A DNA stretch of 64,000 nucleotides from Wujia sp. (GTDB taxonomy: Bacteria > Bacillota > Clostridia > Lachnospirales > Lachnospiraceae): the NCBI GenBank assembly GCA_051877775.1, contig JBJEJF010000008.1, positions 27,408-91,407 of the forward strand. The letters run 5' to 3'. A program made the translations under genes and the position numbers. The notes under the pieces are model-generated. The model worked only from the letters and a program-made list of their open reading frames with translations. It did no database searches and was not told where the DNA came from. Positions 60,393-64,000 of this stretch are shown here, piece by piece (position 1 is the first letter of the stretch; each line of letters starts with the position of its first letter).

Positions 60393-61847
60393 CTATTTTT
60401 TCAAAGAAAACTGTATCTTATCCTCAGGAATAATCAGGCTGACATAATCACCCATATTCCACAAATATTCATCATCCACGATAAAATCTTCATCGTCGTC
60501 GGTTCTTACAACATAACTGTAATGATCACCTTTATAGATCAGGTTGATGATATGACCGCATACGATTCCTTCTTCTTCATTATCACTCATATCGATATCT
60601 TCAGGTTTAATAGAAACGATCACCTTGAGCTTATCGATATCAATCTCATCACCATTCACATCCACCAGGACACCATGCTTATCAAGCATGGAATTCGGAA
60701 TAATCTTAGTAAGATCACATGGGATCTTACCATCCATAAATTCCAGATAATAATCCTTATCCATCATTACATCCGACTCAAACTTGTTCATCGTATGCTC
60801 TGCAATCATAATATGAATTCCGTCCGGCTCGATATCGATTCCAACTTTATCACCTACTGTCGCCGATTTTGTGGATTGTACGACAATCTCATTCTTACCG
60901 GATTCAATTGCGATCTCATAATGTACCCCCTTGAAGACAACAGAAGTAACCACACCCGCAATTTTTCCCTGATCCGTTGTAGTGATGATCACATCCTCCG
61001 GGCGCACAACGACATCTACGAGTGTTCCGTGTTCTACGTCATCAACACAAGTAAATTCGGCACCACAAAAACGTACTTTTAATTTGTCTGTCATAACTCC
61101 ATTAAAGATGTTACTCTCACCGATAAAATCTGCTACAAAAGCATTTTTCGGTTCATTATAAATATCTTCAGGTGTACCGATCTGCTGCATCCTTCCCTCT
61201 GACATGACAACGATCTTGTCAGACATGGTAAGTGCCTCCTCCTGATCATGCGTTACATATATAAATGTTATGCCAAGCTTCTCATGCATACTCTTAAGTT
61301 CAAGCTGCATCTCTTTACGCATCTTCAGATCAAGAGCACCCAGCGGCTCATCCAGCAGCAGGATCTCAGGCTCATTGACAAGTGCTCTCGCAATCGCAAT
61401 TCTCTGCTGCTGACCACCTGATAATGTCTGAACCTTCCTGGTCTCAAATCCCTCAAGATCCACCATCTCAAGTACACGTTTTACTTTTTTAACAATCTCA
61501 TTTTTAGGCAGTTTTTTCAGCTTTAAACCAAAGGCAATATTATCGAATATATTTAAATGCGGAAATAATGCATACCTCTGAAAAACCGTATTGATTGGTC
61601 TCTTATTTGGTGGGAAGCTGCTGATATCTCTACCATCAAGCAATATTTCTCCTTCGCTCGGCATATCAAAGCCGGCAATCATACGCAATGTTGTTGTCTT
61701 TCCACATCCTGATGGTCCAAGAAAGGTAACAAATTCACCTCTTTTAATAGACAGATTAAAGTCGTCTACCGCGACAAATCCATCCTCAAACCGTTTCGTT
61801 ATGTGTTTCAGCTCAATGATATTGTTGGAAACCGATTTACTCTCCAC
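60393..61847 (-). CDS. potA: Polyamine ABC ATPase with duplicated C-terminal TOBE region
   Basis: GPSGCGKT, LSGGQQQR, LLDEP, VTHDQEEA. GTG 61847 has a strong SD (GAGGAGG); ATG 61916 is an alternative start. Confidence 0.92.
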   Translation of the reverse strand: MESKSVSNNIIELKHITKRFEDGFVAVDDFNLSIKRGEFVTFLGPSGCGKTTTLRMIAGFDMPSEGEILLDGRDISSFPPNKRPINTVFQRYALFPHLNIFDNIAFGLKLKKLPKNEIVKKVKRVLEMVDLEGFETRKVQTLSGGQQQRIAIARALVNEPEILLLDEPLGALDLKMRKEMQLELKSMHEKLGITFIYVTHDQEEALTMSDKIVVMSEGRMQQIGTPEDIYNEPKNAFVADFIGESNIFNGVMTDKLKVRFCGAEFTCVDDVEHGTLVDVVVRPEDVIITTTDQGKIAGVVTSVVFKGVHYEIAIESGKNEIVVQSTKSATVGDKVGIDIEPDGIHIMIAEHTMNKFESDVMMDKDYYLEFMDGKIPCDLTKIIPNSMLDKHGVLVDVNGDEIDIDKLKVIVSIKPEDIDMSDNEEEGIVCGHIINLIYKGDHYSYVVRTDDDEDFIVDDEYLWNMGDYVSLIIPEDKIQFSLKK

Positions 61848-61908
61848 TCTGTTTTTATCCTCCTCGTTTCTTTTAAAATTTATTGTGAAAACGGAATGCT
61901 GTATCCCG

Positions 61909-62829
61909 TCACTCATCTCGATAACCATAGTTACGGATCATTGTATCACTGTCTCTCCAGTCTTTTTTTACCTTGACCCACAGCTTCAGATTTACTCTGG
62001 TATCTAACAGATTCTCTATGCTTCCGCGTGCCCTGGTCCCGATCTTCTTCAGCATACTCCCCTGTTTTCCGATAATGATGCCCTTATGTGATTCTCTCTC
62101 ACAGATTATGGTCGCATCAATATCCATCAGGCCTCTCTCATCCATGCTGTCACCTGTGACAGGACGTTCCTTCATCCGGTCGATCACCACAGCGATTCCA
62201 TGCGGAATCTCTTTATCTAACAGTCTTAAGGTCTGCTCCCGGATAAGCTCAGAGACGATCTGCCGTTCCGGCTGGTCAGTCACTGTATCCTCGTCATAAA
62301 ACTGAGGTCCATATGGCAGGACCTTTTTCAGGGTTACTATAAGTTCATCCGTATTTTTTCCCTTTAATGCCGATACAGGTACGATTGCATCGAAATCATA
62401 AACGTCTTTATATGTGTTAATTGCTTCCACTACAGCCGTTTCCTGCACAGAATCCGTTTTGTTTATAACAAGTATTACCGGTATACTGACTTTTCCCAGT
62501 ACATCAATAATATGTCTCTCTCCGGCTCCAATAAAATTAGTTGGTTCCACGATCCACATCACGGCATCTACTTCAGCAAGCGTACCATGTGCTACATTCA
62601 TCATATACTCGCCCAGTTTATTTTTTGCTTTATTTATTCCGGGTGTATCCAGAAAAATGATCTGTGCATCCTGATCTGTATATACAGTCTGTATCCTGTT
62701 TCTCGTCGTCTGCGCTTTGCTGCTTGTAATCGCTATCTTCTGACCTATAAGCCGGTTCATCAATGTGGATTTACCGACATTTGGACGCCCGACAATGGCA
62801 ACAAAACCTGATTTATAGTTATCTGTCAT
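61909..62829 (-). CDS. era: GTPase Era
   Basis: GRPNVGKS, QTTR, DTPG, NKTD, EIPH, IIGKQG (KH domain). Confidence 0.97.
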   Translation of the reverse strand: MTDNYKSGFVAIVGRPNVGKSTLMNRLIGQKIAITSSKAQTTRNRIQTVYTDQDAQIIFLDTPGINKAKNKLGEYMMNVAHGTLAEVDAVMWIVEPTNFIGAGERHIIDVLGKVSIPVILVINKTDSVQETAVVEAINTYKDVYDFDAIVPVSALKGKNTDELIVTLKKVLPYGPQFYDEDTVTDQPERQIVSELIREQTLRLLDKEIPHGIAVVIDRMKERPVTGDSMDERGLMDIDATIICERESHKGIIIGKQGSMLKKIGTRARGSIENLLDTRVNLKLWVKVKKDWRDSDTMIRNYGYRDE

Positions 62830-62854
62830 GTATTCCTCCATTATAATCATGCAT

Positions 62855-64000
62855 CTAAAATACATTTAAAACTGTATTAAAGCTATCTGAAGCTGATGCA
62901 ATCTTATTCTCATCGCCGATTGCACATATTATGCCTCCATCTGTAGCTGCCTCCACATATTCTGCCAATGCCCTGATCGACTCCACGGAAGCGCTTAGCA
63001 CCTCATCCCTCTCTCTCTGGAGATCTTCATCTGTCAGTCCCATCAGATAAGCCACATAACTGAAATTACCTTCTGCGGACGGTGTGAGCGGTGCATCCAG
63101 CTTACTGATCGCGCCGATAATATATTTGGTCATATCACGCGCATCAGCATCAAAGTTTCTGACATATTCCGGTGCTTTTTTATATATCTCATAAGTCTCC
63201 ATGAGATTCGGATCACGATAGGATGTAAAATAAGTATTTCCACTTCTGGAAAATGCACACATACATCCGTAAGCACCACCCTTTACACGCACATTGAGCC
63301 ATAGATATTCATAAGAGAATATGCATGACAGTACGGCCAGACCTCCGTTATATACCAGATTCCTGTCCATAAAATTACCTGCCGTCGCAACATACTGTAC
63401 CTGGCTTGCTGTCTTAAAACCCTCATTATATATCTGTGGTACGATCTGTTCTGTCTGCTCAAAAGCAAGGCGAGAAGAAAGTTTGGCGGACAACGAGGAA
63501 ACGGATCTCGCCAGAGTCTCCTCAGGATCTTTATCCGCTGTATATGATATCTCCAGTCCGCCACGCCATAAGATCTCTCCCAAAACTGTTTTCAGATCCT
63601 CGGCAAGCTGTTCATACTGATTATCAAAATCATCATCCAGCATAGCAAGATATTTATAATAATCGACACCCTCTGTCAATTCTTTGACTACTCCTATAGG
63701 AGATATATAAGACAACGCTCTTCCCGCTGCCGTAATGTGTCCGGATGATACCAGGTCATTTTTCAGATTTGCCCTGGTCTCTGCGATAATCTCCCTGAGA
63801 CGTTTCTTATCATCGACCTTCGAAGAGAAAAGGATCTCTTCAATCAACTCCATCCCTTTGTCGATCTTTTCATCCAGCATCTTTGCATTTACAAGAAACT
63901 GTACGCAATATCTGTCTTTCTCTCTTCGGTTGGTCACCGTAGTTGAAAAGCCGATTCCACCGGTATGAAGATTTATTTCATTTGCAAGTTCATTGTAGCT
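62855..64000 (-). CDS. M16C (insulinase/presequence-protease-like) peptidase, C-terminal part; 5' end is outside the window
   Basis: HTGGI near the window edge, YLWLNVRVKGGAYG, SYRDPN. Confidence 0.9.
   Translation of the reverse strand, partial: SYNELANEINLHTGGIGFSTTVTNRREKDRYCVQFLVNAKMLDEKIDKGMELIEEILFSSKVDDKKRLREIIAETRANLKNDLVSSGHITAAGRALSYISPIGVVKELTEGVDYYKYLAMLDDDFDNQYEQLAEDLKTVLGEILWRGGLEISYTADKDPEETLARSVSSLSAKLSSRLAFEQTEQIVPQIYNEGFKTASQVQYVATAGNFMDRNLVYNGGLAVLSCIFSYEYLWLNVRVKGGAYGCMCAFSRSGNTYFTSYRDPNLMETYEIYKKAPEYVRNFDADARDMTKYIIGAISKLDAPLTPSAEGNFSYVAYLMGLTDEDLQRERDEVLSASVESIRALAEYVEAATDGGIICAIGDENKIASASDSFNTVLNVF

Overview
A 64-kb chromosomal segment from a spore-forming, probably motile Clostridia gut bacterium. 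The gene set and sequence style suggest Lachnospiraceae, which is inference. Most genes are on the minus strand. Core genes are prfC, ppdK, glyQS, recO, potABCD, era, sfsA, an M16 peptidase and a YaaH-like spore LysM/GH18 hydrolase. Between them lies a long accessory stretch: a cobalamin-riboswitch operon (exported CbiK, NEAT-like lipoprotein, FecCD-type ABC transporter), an FN3 surface protein, three membrane c-di-GMP enzymes, PadR/TetR/MerR modules with visible operators, an MMPL module, a GH43 hydrolase, a two-component system, LemA/DUF3137, a nitrilase pseudogene and an AT-rich orphan-flagellin islet. I saw no rRNA, tRNA, CRISPR array, integrase or transposase. Three observations stand out. 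(1) A membrane-targeted uORF ending IHDKDGQKA-stop, whose stop codon opens a hairpin hiding the Shine-Dalgarno (SD) of a 44-aa membrane microprotein; this is a SecM/MifM-like layout with an unexpected target. (2) A complete, unannotated type I toxin-antitoxin locus with a 29-aa toxin, two promoters, an SD hairpin and 5'-3' pairing. (3) A stand-alone 841-aa tubulin/FtsZ-like GTPase apparently co-transcribed with release factor 3. Start codons were moved from the ORF track where an SD supports a later start. All family calls are by eye from motifs, with no database searches.
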